Of a stretch of 60,387 bases of DNA, positions 1-9,490 are shown piece after piece (within the stretch, counting starts at the first letter, position 1; each line of letters opens with the position of its first letter). Where the stretch lies: positions 1 to 60,387 of the forward strand of contig DATKWE010000107.1 of NCBI GenBank assembly GCA_035529735.1, given 5' to 3'. The notes beneath the pieces were generated by a model, which searched no databases, was not told where the DNA came from, and saw only the letters and a list, made by a program, of their open reading frames with translations. This stretch comes from Desulfobacterales bacterium (GTDB lineage Bacteria > Desulfobacterota > Desulfobacteria > Desulfobacterales > UBA11574). Both the position numbers and the translations under genes were made by a program.

Positions 1-26
1 CTGATCCCTGACCCCTGAAACCTGTT

Positions 27-245
27 TTAAAACCCGGTTGTGGGTCGTCTTTTCCCGAACAACGCTTCACAGGGCGCGTTTTTGGTGACATGTTTTTTAA
101 GATTCTTGCACCAGAGTGACTGAAAGGTGCGGCAGGACCCGTCCAGGGCGTCGAGTTTTGCAACGTCGGCATCTTCACAGCGCAGGTCGCACCATTTGAT
201 TTCATGGGTTGTAATTCCCGCATTCATATTCCCGGAATCTTTCAT
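27..245 (-). CDS. small Cys-rich hypothetical protein (72 aa)
   Basis: ORF lies 21 nt downstream of the thrS stop on the same strand, with GGAG about 12 nt upstream of the ATG. It has five Cys (KWCDLRC..GSC..LWC..APC). No family recognised. Confidence 0.45.
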   Translation of the reverse strand: MKDSGNMNAGITTHEIKWCDLRCEDADVAKLDALDGSCRTFQSLWCKNLKKHVTKNAPCEALFGKRRPTTGF

Positions 246-266
246 GTCAAATGTTCACTCCATCGG

Positions 267-2177
267 TCAGAAGATTTCAAGATCGAGCTTTCTTTGGCGG
301 ATGTGGGAAAGGACCCTGTCCAAAAACCCTTGGTGGGTAACTCCGAACCTGACGTTGCCGTCGAGGGTTCTGACGGAAAGATTTCCGGATTCTTTTTCTT
401 TTTTGCCCACTGTCAGGATCAGCGGAATTTGGTCCAGCTGTGCAGCTCGAACTTTTTTGTTCAGGCTTTCGGTTCGGCTGTCCACTTCTGTGCGAACCCC
501 GGCGGTTTCAAATTTTATTCTGACATCGTTTGCATAGGGCGCAAAATCATCGTTAATGGGGAGAATAACGGCCATGACAGGGGCCATCCACAGGGGAAAT
601 TTCCCTGCAAAATGTTCGATGAGAATACCAAAAAATCGTTCTATTGAGCCGTAGACCGTCCTGTGAATCATTATGGGGCGACGCTTTTCGTTATCCTTGT
701 CGATATAGAAAAGGTCGAATCTTTCAGGCAATGACATATCCAGTTGAACCGTTCCGCATTGCCAGGTCCGGCCCAGGGCATCTTTGATATGGAAGTCGAT
801 TTTGGGCCCGTAGAAAGCGCCGTCGCCTTCATTGATCTTGTATGCTTTGCCGTAAGTGTCAAGGGCTGCTTCCAGACCTTTGGTGGCCACTTCCCACTGG
901 GCATCGGTGCCGATGGATTTTTCCGGACGTGTGGATAGCTCCAGGTTGAATCCGAGGCCAAAGGTTTTGTAAATGCGTTCTTCCAGCTGCAATACACCCA
1001 GAATTTCATCCTGAATCTGCTCGGGCGTCATAAAAATGTGCGCATCGTCCTGGTGAAACGCCCGGACACGGAAAAGTCCGGACAAAACTCCGGAAAGCTC
1101 ATGACGATGAACCAACCCGATTTCGGATGCCCGGATCGGAAGATTCTTGTAAGAATGGGGTTTTGTTTGATACATCAGCATTCCGCCCGGGCAGTTCATC
1201 GGCTTTATTGCATTCGCATTGTCGTCGATGGTGGTGAAATACATGTTTTCCCGGTAATTGTCCCAGTGGCCGCTTTTTTCCCATAACGACCGCTGAAGTA
1301 GAATCGGGGTTTTGGTCTCCACATATCCGGCAGCCCGGTGTTCCTCTCTCCAGTAGTCCAAAAGGGCGTTCCAGACCACCATCCCGTTGGCATGAAAAAA
1401 GGGCATCCCCGGTGCTTCATCGTGAAAACTGAAAAGATCGAGGGCAATACCGATTTTGCGGTGATTTCTTTTTTTGGCCTCCTCAAGGAAATAGAGATAG
1501 TTATCCAGTTCTTTCTTGGTGAAAAATGCCGTGCCGTATATTCTCTGAAGCTGTGCCTTTGTCTGGTCTGCACGCCAGTATGCGCCGGATACTTTCATGA
1601 GCTTTACGGCTTTAATAAAACCGGCATGCGGAAGATGGGGGCCGCGGCATAAATCGGTAAAATCGTCGTGTTCATAAAAGGATATGCTCACATCTTCCAG
1701 TTCAATAATCATTTCGAGTTTATACGGCTCGTCTTTGTAAAATTCCAGTGCTTCGGATTTTGAGACGACACGCCGTCGAAAGGGGACTTTGGCCTTAATG
1801 GTCTTCTTCATTTCAGCTTCAATTTTTGCAAAATCATCTTCTGAAAGCGGCGGCATGTCTATGTCGTAATAAAATCCGTTTTCAACCGACGGGCCGATGG
1901 TCAACTTGGCGTCTTTGTAAAGATGCAAAATTGCCTGGGCCATGACATGGGCTGCGCTGTGGCGGAGGATTTCCAATGCTTCCGGGTCGTTGGTAGTGAT
2001 CAGCCTGACTCGGGAATCTTGGGTAATTTTCGTGTTTAAATCCATAAGCTTTGAATCGAGCTCCATGGCAACGCAATTTCGTGCCAGACCTTCCGAGATA
2101 CTCATGGCCACATCAAACCCCGTGGGATTGTTTTCAAAACCCTTTATATTACCATCAGGAAATGTTATATTGATCAT
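267..2177 (-). CDS. thrS: threonine--tRNA ligase
   Basis: 636 aa with an N-terminal TGS-like MINITFPDG start and an editing-domain HSAAHVMAQA motif. Class II core motifs (FRVRAFHQDDAHIF, GTVQLD) and a C-terminal anticodon-binding domain are present. AGGTGA RBS upstream. Confidence 0.97.
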   Translation of the reverse strand: MINITFPDGNIKGFENNPTGFDVAMSISEGLARNCVAMELDSKLMDLNTKITQDSRVRLITTNDPEALEILRHSAAHVMAQAILHLYKDAKLTIGPSVENGFYYDIDMPPLSEDDFAKIEAEMKKTIKAKVPFRRRVVSKSEALEFYKDEPYKLEMIIELEDVSISFYEHDDFTDLCRGPHLPHAGFIKAVKLMKVSGAYWRADQTKAQLQRIYGTAFFTKKELDNYLYFLEEAKKRNHRKIGIALDLFSFHDEAPGMPFFHANGMVVWNALLDYWREEHRAAGYVETKTPILLQRSLWEKSGHWDNYRENMYFTTIDDNANAIKPMNCPGGMLMYQTKPHSYKNLPIRASEIGLVHRHELSGVLSGLFRVRAFHQDDAHIFMTPEQIQDEILGVLQLEERIYKTFGLGFNLELSTRPEKSIGTDAQWEVATKGLEAALDTYGKAYKINEGDGAFYGPKIDFHIKDALGRTWQCGTVQLDMSLPERFDLFYIDKDNEKRRPIMIHRTVYGSIERFFGILIEHFAGKFPLWMAPVMAVILPINDDFAPYANDVRIKFETAGVRTEVDSRTESLNKKVRAAQLDQIPLILTVGKKEKESGNLSVRTLDGNVRFGVTHQGFLDRVLSHIRQRKLDLEIF

Positions 2178-2424
2178 TGCATTATCACCTAACCCGGATT
2201 ATCCGGAAATTCGAAACAATATCTAAATTATAGTGTAAAAAAATTTTAAACTCTTGGCAGAATAACGGCGTCAAACGCTTTTTTTATTTTGCATTGAATT
2301 TTACGCATCTGAAAATTCGGTTTTTTTATAAAAGAACTCGAATTTCAGAACCCGGAAACCATTTTTTCACGAATAAAGTAAACCAAATTAGAAAAAATAA
2401 CCCTGCGGGTCAAGGGAAATTTGA

Positions 2425-3561
2425 ATGGAAAACAACTATCAGATCGTAGATACAGCCGCCGGACTTGAAAAAGCGGTCAGCGCCCTTGAAAAAGAAAGCG
2501 TCATCGCCGTTGATCTGGAAGCGGACTCCATGTACCATTTTAAAGAAAAGGTCTGTTTGATTCAATTGGGTACGGAAAAAACATCGGTTGTGATTGATCC
2601 GTTACAGATTAGGAATTTTTCTCCCCTTAGTCCCCTTTTTTCTAATCCGGATATAAAAAAGATTTTTCACGGTGCGGATTATGACGTTCGAAGCCTTTAC
2701 CGGGATTTTAAAATTAAGATAAACAATCTTTTTGATACAGAGCTCGCCTGCAGGTTTCTGGGGATCAAAGAGACCGGTTTGAAAGCGGTATTGAAGATGT
2801 TTTTCAAGATAAATATCGATAAAAAATACCAGAAGAAAGACTGGTCCAAAAGGCCGTTGCCCGAGGAAATGATCGCGTATGCTTCAAAGGACGTGATCTA
2901 TCTTCTACCCCTTGCCAAGATACTGATCGATAAGCTTGAAAAAATAGACCGGCTGTCCTGGGTCCTTGAGGAATGTCATAATTTAAGCAAAGTTCGGCCA
3001 ATGTTGCCCGATGAAGAACCGCTGTTTTTAAAATTCAAAGGTGCCGGACGGCTCAGATCGAGAAGCCTCGTCGTACTCGAAGCCTTGTTGCAGTATAGAA
3101 AAAGTGTTGCAGAAAAAAAAGACAAGCCGTTGTTCAAAATTATTGGAAACGATTCGATTCTGAAGATCTCAACCGCCAGACCGCTAACGTTGGGTCGTTT
3201 AAAAGGCGTCAACGCATTGAGCGGCAGACAGATTTCCATGTACGGAAACGATTTGATTAAGGTGCTGGCCCGCGCTTTAAAAATAACAGAGCGTGAACTT
3301 CCGGTGTATCCTCGAAAAACGGTGTCGACAATGCCGTCTGAAGTATTGGAACGGATAAAAGTCCTTAAATCCTGGAGAGATTCAAAAGCCAGGGCATTGG
3401 ATATGGATCCCGGAATGCTTTGCAATAATGCGCTGATCACTGCAATTGCCGTCAAAAATCCTGAAGATAAAAAATCCATGGGAACCATCAAAGAAATGAA
3501 AAATTGGCAGAAGAGGGCCTTCGGCAGGGAGATCATAACGGTTTTAAAATCGAAAAGCTAG
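2425..3561 (+). CDS. rnd: ribonuclease D (DEDD 3'-5' exonuclease + HRDC)
   Basis: 378 aa with DEDDy motifs (VIAVDLEADS, KIFHGADYDV, YASKDVIYL) and an HRDC-like C-terminal half. Confidence 0.88.
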   Translation: MENNYQIVDTAAGLEKAVSALEKESVIAVDLEADSMYHFKEKVCLIQLGTEKTSVVIDPLQIRNFSPLSPLFSNPDIKKIFHGADYDVRSLYRDFKIKINNLFDTELACRFLGIKETGLKAVLKMFFKINIDKKYQKKDWSKRPLPEEMIAYASKDVIYLLPLAKILIDKLEKIDRLSWVLEECHNLSKVRPMLPDEEPLFLKFKGAGRLRSRSLVVLEALLQYRKSVAEKKDKPLFKIIGNDSILKISTARPLTLGRLKGVNALSGRQISMYGNDLIKVLARALKITERELPVYPRKTVSTMPSEVLERIKVLKSWRDSKARALDMDPGMLCNNALITAIAVKNPEDKKSMGTIKEMKNWQKRAFGREIITVLKSKS

Positions 3562-3785
3562 ATTTTCATCGTTTAGCGGTACATATCGATTCTCAACCAT
3601 TGAAATAAGACAAACGATTGATGAACTCCATGAATCCCCGGACCATTCACAGAAAACTCGTCGGTCGCATCAGCGTCACCGCATGTATTATAGTGCTTCT
3701 GTTCGGATTCGCTGATATTTCATTTCAATAATGGCGGATATTTGTAAAAAAACCTGCTGTTTTTTATGATAAAGGATGAAGTAAG

Positions 3786-4610
3786 ATGAAGGTTACGTTC
3801 TATGGCACCAGAGGAACCATGCCGGTGGCCGATCCGGATTATACCCAATTTGGCGGAAACACCGCGTGCATTCTAATAACTTTTAGTACCGGCAGGATTG
3901 CTATTCTGGATGCCGGTACGGGTATTAGAAAGTTGGGGAAGGATTTATTAAGCAGTTCTCATGAACAATTCGGCAATATCAGTATCATATTATCCCATAC
4001 CCATTGGGACCATATACAAGGCTTTCCATATTTCGAGCCGGCTTACGATCCTCGGCGGAAATTCACCATATCCATCTGTGGAAAAGAGCGGATGGGCAAA
4101 GACCTTGAGAGTCTTTTTTCGACACAAATGCAGAATGATTTCTTTCCGGTCCCCTTGGAAGAGATGGGTGCAAAATTTACCTTCTTGCAGCCGGATATCA
4201 CCACCTATGAGCACCCCAGCGGTATTAAACTTGCAGCGTCCAAGCACAGCCATCGTGGCGATGCTTATGGGTATCGTATTGAGGAAGGCGGAAAAACGTT
4301 AGTATATTGTACGGATGTCGAGCATAAGGATGGAATAGATCCCAACGTGGTGGCACTGTCCAAAAATGCCGATCTTCTCATTCATGACGCCCAATATACC
4401 CCTGATGAATTGAAGGTGAAGCGCGGGTGGGGTCACAGCAGCTGGGAGAAAGCCATAGCGGTAGCTGAACGCGCCGGGGTTAAAAAACTGGCGCTTTTTC
4501 ATCACGACCCGGAACATAACGATTCCTTTCTATCGAATATGGAAATAGAATGCCGGAAGTTTTTTGGAGACCTTTTTCTTGTAAGAGAAGGCGATGAAAT
4601 AGCATTGTAG
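3786..4610 (+). CDS. MBL-fold metallo-hydrolase
   Basis: 274 aa with the HxHxDH motif (SHTHWDHIQG) and a later HHD motif (LFHHDPEH). Confidence 0.85.
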   Translation: MKVTFYGTRGTMPVADPDYTQFGGNTACILITFSTGRIAILDAGTGIRKLGKDLLSSSHEQFGNISIILSHTHWDHIQGFPYFEPAYDPRRKFTISICGKERMGKDLESLFSTQMQNDFFPVPLEEMGAKFTFLQPDITTYEHPSGIKLAASKHSHRGDAYGYRIEEGGKTLVYCTDVEHKDGIDPNVVALSKNADLLIHDAQYTPDELKVKRGWGHSSWEKAIAVAERAGVKKLALFHHDPEHNDSFLSNMEIECRKFFGDLFLVREGDEIAL

Positions 4611-4639
4611 CACACTTTTTGACACACATTCTAAACTTT

Positions 4640-4659
4640 CGCTCAATTAGGGTTAAACG
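4640..4659 (+). repeat. CGCTCAATTAGGGTTAAACG motif copy A, 30 nt after the stop of the upstream + gene
   Basis: 19/20 identical to the reverse complement of 48235-48255. Shares the CGCTCAATT core with 13002 and 13620. Confidence 0.6.
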
Positions 4660-4792
4660 GGACAGCATTCTTTACCGTCGAAGATTTTCTACTTTTGCAG
4701 AGCTCCGGGAAGCTTTGAAAAACAACCGTTGAATAAAACCCGATGGTTTTAAGGGATTCCCTCCAATGCATCCGGGTTCATGAACCATGACA

Positions 4793-5797
4793 TCAACAGG
4801 TTTTGAGTTTCTCCCGGTATGCTTTGATCTTTTCGATGAATATCGGAACAAACTCACGGCAGTCGTCGACAATTCCGTAATCCACTTGTTCAAACACCGG
4901 AGATTTGGCATCGTTGTTGATGGCGACCATGACTTTTGCACCTGAAATGCCGACCATGTGCTGTAATTCCCCCGACAGGCCCACGCCGATATAGAGTTCC
5001 GGACTTACCATTTTTCCGCTCTGTCCGATCATGGTTTCAAGAGCAGCCCAGCCTTCATCAACGGCCGGTCGGGTAGCGCCCAAAGCAGCGTTCAGCACTT
5101 GGGCGAGATCGGCGATTTTACGCCATCCCGACAGATCACCGGCACCCGCACCACCGGCAACGATGATGGGTGCCGATTCAAGGTCCATACCTTCGGGTTC
5201 TTCACGAACGACCGTTAGGGTTTGAATCCGCCGCGGAATTTCCTTTGGAACCTCAATCGGGATAATTTCTCCTGTCCTGTTTTCATCCGGTTCGGGGTTC
5301 GGGAAAACCCCTGCCGCGATGGTTGCCATTTGGGGCCGTCTGTCCGGACAGATAATCGAGAGCAGTCCACCGTATGCAGGTATTCTGCTCTCTAAAACTT
5401 TATTGCCGTCTATCACCAGATCGATGCAGTGAGCCGTCAATCCCGTATCCAGCCTTGCCGCTATCAGGGGCGCCAGTTCTCTCCCCATGGAAGTGGAACC
5501 GATGAGTATGATTTCAGGCTGTTTTTCTTTGGCAAGTTTCTCGATAATTTCAGTATAAATTTCGGGTTGATAAACGGTCAGCTCCGGATCATTCCCCAGA
5601 TAGACGCGGTCTCCGCCTGCCGCAAACAATTGACGGGGGTGTTCTTCCATCCCATGACCCAAAAGTATGGCTTCCACCGTCGTATCCAGCGCGGTTGCCA
5701 ATTTTCGTCCGTGACCGATGAGCTGAAATGATACCGAAAGAATCCGGCAGTCGATCTGCTCGGCAATAACCCACACGGGTCCGCATGATTTTTCCAT
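4793..5797 (-). CDS. etfA: electron transfer flavoprotein subunit alpha
   Basis: 334 aa with the C-terminal FAD-binding signature PELYIGVGLSGELQHMVGISGAKVMVAINND. Follows etfB. Confidence 0.93.
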   Translation of the reverse strand: MEKSCGPVWVIAEQIDCRILSVSFQLIGHGRKLATALDTTVEAILLGHGMEEHPRQLFAAGGDRVYLGNDPELTVYQPEIYTEIIEKLAKEKQPEIILIGSTSMGRELAPLIAARLDTGLTAHCIDLVIDGNKVLESRIPAYGGLLSIICPDRRPQMATIAAGVFPNPEPDENRTGEIIPIEVPKEIPRRIQTLTVVREEPEGMDLESAPIIVAGGAGAGDLSGWRKIADLAQVLNAALGATRPAVDEGWAALETMIGQSGKMVSPELYIGVGLSGELQHMVGISGAKVMVAINNDAKSPVFEQVDYGIVDDCREFVPIFIEKIKAYREKLKTC

Positions 5798-5817
5798 TGC
5801 GCGTATCGATCCTTTCT

Positions 5818-6624
5818 TTAAATTACACCGGCATTAACCAGTCTCTGGACCAGTTGTTCGGCTTTTTCTTCCCGTTTGCCCTCGAGGATTTCAACCTTCC
5901 GTCTGCTGTCCATGGTTGCAATTGTCGACACAATGCTCGGGGAACCTTTCAACCCGACCGATTCTTCAGAGACACCCAGTTGTTGAATTCCCCACTGGGT
6001 AATTTCCTTTTTCCTGGCTTTAATAATTCCTGAAAAGCTGAGTCTTCGGGGCGTGTTCAACGCTCTGGTCACCGTAAAAACCGCCGGAATTTGTACCCGC
6101 ACCAGACGGTAACCGTTTTCAAGTTCGGCCTTTACCGTCCACCATTGACCATTGTATTCCACAATCTCTGTTATCCGTGTAACCACGGGTATTTTCAAGA
6201 AGGTGGCAATTTCCGGTCCGACCCATTCCGTGCTGCCGTCGCTGCTGGCCATTCCACAAAAAACCACGTCAAACGGGCCGATTTTTTCAATACCTTTGGC
6301 CAGGGTGTAGGCCGTGGCAAAGGCATCGGCACCGGCAAAAGCCCGGTCGGAAAGCAAAAAACCTCGATCGGCACCCAAGGCCAGACATTCCTTTACGATG
6401 TTACCTGCCTCGGGTGGACCCATGCTGAGCACTGAAATATGGGCATCAAACGCCTCTTTGAATTGAAGGGCCGCCTCCAGTGCATATTTGTCCAACGGAT
6501 TCAATACCATCGGAACATCACACCGCATGAGCGTCTTTGTGACCGGATCGATTTTTATGTTGCACGCCTCTTTTGGGTCCGGTACCGCTTTGACACAAAC
6601 AACGATTTTGAACATTGTATTCAT
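5818..6624 (-). CDS. etfB: electron transfer flavoprotein subunit beta
   Basis: 268 aa with an FKIVVCVKAVPD start typical of EtfB. Positioned between the acyl-CoA dehydrogenase and etfA. Confidence 0.93.
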   Translation of the reverse strand: MNTMFKIVVCVKAVPDPKEACNIKIDPVTKTLMRCDVPMVLNPLDKYALEAALQFKEAFDAHISVLSMGPPEAGNIVKECLALGADRGFLLSDRAFAGADAFATAYTLAKGIEKIGPFDVVFCGMASSDGSTEWVGPEIATFLKIPVVTRITEIVEYNGQWWTVKAELENGYRLVRVQIPAVFTVTRALNTPRRLSFSGIIKARKKEITQWGIQQLGVSEESVGLKGSPSIVSTIATMDSRRKVEILEGKREEKAEQLVQRLVNAGVI

Positions 6625-6685
6625 CCTATACCGAATCGGATAATCGAAGGATTTCTGGAAATATCTCCCTCAATTCCAAACTGTT

Positions 6686-7822
6686 TTATGAAAGGGTCCA
6701 ACGGGCGATAATGACTTTCATAATGTCGGATGTGCCTGCTGAGGGGCCCAAAACAAAGGAATCGCGCATATAGCGGGAAACCGCATACTCTTCCATGCAC
6801 CCATAGCCGCCGTGTATATCACAGGCCATTTTGGCCGCCCTTTGAGCGGCCTCTGTGGAGAAATACTTGGACACAGCAAATTCGTTGCTGGATCGCTCGC
6901 CCTTGTCCTGCATCGAAACGGCTCTATAACCCAGCAGGCGGCCTGCTTCCAAATCGATTTTCATGTCCGCCAGTTTGTTTTGGATCGTCTGTAACCTGCT
7001 GATCGGTTTCCCATAAAGAATCCGTTCGTTGGCAAACTTAATAGATTCTTCGAGACACGCAGCCTGAAGACCCAGCGCGCAGGCGGCCATGCCGCCTCTG
7101 CCGACGTCCCCGATGGCAGCCAGCGCAATCCCCAACCCCTTTCCTTCAACGCCAACCAGATTTTCTTTCGGAACCCGGCAATTTTCATAGGCCAACTCGC
7201 CGGTATTGCATCCGCGCATGCCGACTTTGTTCTCTTCATGGGTGGCTTTGAATCCTTCCATCCCCTTTTCCATAATGAAGGTCGAGAAGGCTTTGGGATT
7301 TTCATCGTCTTTTGCAAGAACGGTAATTGTGTCGGCAATATGGGAGTTGGTTATGAAGCATTTTCGGCCGTTGAGAATGTAGTCCTCACCGTCTTTTTTA
7401 TACGTTGAGCGTATGCCGGTGGGATCTGAACCGCCGGTGGCCTCCGTGACAGCGGTGGATGCCATCCGTTCTCCCGTTGCCAGGCTCGGTAAAAATTTCT
7501 TTTTCTGCGCATCGGTACCGAATTTCAAAATGGGTTCGATGCCCAATGCAAAAACTTGAAGCATCATTCCCGCTGCCACCGAAACCTTGCTGATTTCTTC
7601 GAGCGCGATAAATCGGGCGGTGTATCCCAGGCCCAGACCCCCGTATTCTTCCGGAATGGTCAATGCCATCATTTCAGCTTCCGCCATGGCTTTGACAAGG
7701 TCCTGACTGACCTTGCCGGTTTTTTCCATTTCAGGAATTTTTGGGGCAACCTGTGTTTCCGCAAATTCTTGAGCCGCTTTTCTGAACATTTCCTGTTCTT
7801 CTGTAAATGTAAAATCGATCAT
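6686..7822 (-). CDS. acyl-CoA dehydrogenase
   Basis: 378 aa with ACAD motifs (TEATGGSDP, GGYGCMEEYAVSRYMRD) and the N/M/C domain layout. Confidence 0.93.
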   Translation of the reverse strand: MIDFTFTEEQEMFRKAAQEFAETQVAPKIPEMEKTGKVSQDLVKAMAEAEMMALTIPEEYGGLGLGYTARFIALEEISKVSVAAGMMLQVFALGIEPILKFGTDAQKKKFLPSLATGERMASTAVTEATGGSDPTGIRSTYKKDGEDYILNGRKCFITNSHIADTITVLAKDDENPKAFSTFIMEKGMEGFKATHEENKVGMRGCNTGELAYENCRVPKENLVGVEGKGLGIALAAIGDVGRGGMAACALGLQAACLEESIKFANERILYGKPISRLQTIQNKLADMKIDLEAGRLLGYRAVSMQDKGERSSNEFAVSKYFSTEAAQRAAKMACDIHGGYGCMEEYAVSRYMRDSFVLGPSAGTSDIMKVIIARWTLS

Positions 7823-7823
7823 T

Positions 7824-8426
7824 TTAACTTACCTCCTTTAATGGCTTCATTCTTTCAAGGTAGTCGATCAGGGTGTTGATAGATCTATCCAAGTTGGCAT
7901 CAGACTTATCCACACCGTACATAACCGTAGCGCCCAACATCCCTGCAAACAGCATTTCGGTGATGGCCCTGGTATCCACATCGTTACTCAGTCCACCCGA
8001 TGCCTTGGCTTCATCCAGAAGCCTCTTGAGCAGGTGTTTAAGTCCTATAAACCCTTTATTCACTTCTCTGGATAAAAGGGGGCGCTGGTCGTTCAGTTCA
8101 ACGGAAAATGTAATGAAGATACACCCTCCGGGGAAATTCTCGGCATCTTTAAGATACCGGTCTCTGAAGTTTTCAAGAAATCTTTTTATTTTTCCGATCG
8201 GATTTACAATCTCATCCAGGCCGGAAAGATTCTTTTCACGCCAAATGTTACGCGCTTCATCCAGAGCCTGGAAGAAGAGTTCCTCTTTGCTCTTAAAATG
8301 ATTATAAAAACCGCCCTTTGATGTGCCTGCCGCTTCTAATATCTGACTCATTGAAGTGTTCAGGAAGCCGTTCAAGGAAAACAGCCTTAGCGATTCGTGT
8401 ATGATTTTTTTCTTAAGATCACTCAT
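7824..8426 (-). CDS. TetR/AcrR family transcriptional regulator
   Basis: 200 aa with an N-terminal HTH (GFLNTSMSQILEAAGTSKGGFYNHFKSKEELF). Its stop is 1 nt from the acyl-CoA dehydrogenase start. Confidence 0.9.
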   Translation of the reverse strand: MSDLKKKIIHESLRLFSLNGFLNTSMSQILEAAGTSKGGFYNHFKSKEELFFQALDEARNIWREKNLSGLDEIVNPIGKIKRFLENFRDRYLKDAENFPGGCIFITFSVELNDQRPLLSREVNKGFIGLKHLLKRLLDEAKASGGLSNDVDTRAITEMLFAGMLGATVMYGVDKSDANLDRSINTLIDYLERMKPLKEVS

Positions 8427-8449
8427 GATGCGGGTTCCTTCCGAGCAAT

Positions 8450-8469
8450 AAGACCGACCAGTCGGTCTT
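8450..8469. promoter_or_regulatory. perfect palindrome AAGACCGAC-ca-GTCGGTCTT, candidate TetR operator
   Basis: 9+9 bp perfect inverted repeat 24 bp upstream of the tetR-family start codon. Confidence 0.55.
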
Positions 8470-8738
8470 TGTTCATTCTTATTTTAGTGCCGCTGTTATG
8501 TCAATATTTTATTCAACCCTAAATGGGCGTAGACAAAACGGGAAAATGGAAGACCTATATATTTGTGATTTACAGAAACGACCTTTCAATGATACCGTCG
8601 ATTATATTGATATTTTACCGGTACAGACCATCTGTTCAAGTCCGGGACATTCGAGGAAACGCATCAAAAAATACGGATGAGTTTCCGGTTGCTCAGCCGA
8701 TTTACCGGCATTCATTTTTAGTATAGGAGGATTTGCCA

Positions 8739-9488
8739 ATGAGATGTCATGTGAAAAAGATATTATTATTCATCCCCTTTTTGTCAATGGTTTTTCCGAT
8801 GGTTTTAACCGCCCAAGAAAAGTTCGAGACCGATATCGTTAAAACATCCGCCGGCGACCTGGAAATCACCTTTATCGGCCATGGGACACTAATGCTCAAC
8901 CTTGGCGGGAAAATCATCCATGTCGATCCTTGGACCCGGCTGGCCGATTATTCCGAAATGCCCAAAGCCGATCTTATTCTGTTAACCCATGAGCACCAGG
9001 ACCATCTCGATCTGAACGCCATAGAGATTCTGCGCACCGAAAAAACCGATGTGGTGTTAACCCAGACCTGCTCAAGCCAGGTCAAAGGCGGGATCGTTAT
9101 GAACAATGGCGATGTTAGGGTCGTAAAAGGTTTAAAAATAGAAGCGGTGCCGGCATACAATGTTGTCCATATGCGGAGTAAAGGGGTTCCTTACCATCCA
9201 AAGGGCATGGGTAACGGTTATGTCATCACACTCGGAGATAAGCGGGTTTATGTGGCGGGTGATACGGAAAACACTCCGGAAATGACGATGTTAAAAGATA
9301 TCGATATCGCCTTTCTGCCCGTGAACCTGCCGTATACAATGACGCCGGAAATGGTTGCATCGGCGACAAAAACTTTTAAACCTAAAATACTCTATCCGTA
9401 TCACTATGGCGAAACAGATACGTCGAAAATCGTAGAATTGCTAAAGGATGTGAAGCAGACCGAGGTGCGTATTCGAAAGATGAAGTAA
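8739..9488 (+). CDS. secreted MBL-fold metallo-hydrolase
   Basis: GGAGG lies 8 nt before the ATG at 8739; the listed TTG at 8733 is too close to the RBS. Has a signal peptide (ILLFIPFLSMVFPMVLTAQ) and an HEHQDH motif. Confidence 0.85.
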   Translation: MRCHVKKILLFIPFLSMVFPMVLTAQEKFETDIVKTSAGDLEITFIGHGTLMLNLGGKIIHVDPWTRLADYSEMPKADLILLTHEHQDHLDLNAIEILRTEKTDVVLTQTCSSQVKGGIVMNNGDVRVVKGLKIEAVPAYNVVHMRSKGVPYHPKGMGNGYVITLGDKRVYVAGDTENTPEMTMLKDIDIAFLPVNLPYTMTPEMVASATKTFKPKILYPYHYGETDTSKIVELLKDVKQTEVRIRKMK

Positions 9489-9490
9489 TC

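Noticed and set aside
1-26. CTGAnnC heptad-like pattern (ctgatccctgacccctgaaacctg) at the window edge
   Set aside because: Too short and truncated by the window boundary to interpret.
2178-2424. Possible T-box, riboswitch or operator in the thrS leader
   Set aside because: I saw only a short CCGGAT/ATCCGG palindrome near the RBS. There is no specifier or T-box sequence and no tRNA-like operator that I could fold.
3621-3731. 36-aa hydrophobic mini-ORF (MNSMNPRTIHRKLVGRISVTACIIVLLFGFADISFQ) between rnd and the MBL gene
   Set aside because: It has no RBS and nothing to compare it with. It might be a real small membrane protein, but this is unsupported from sequence alone.
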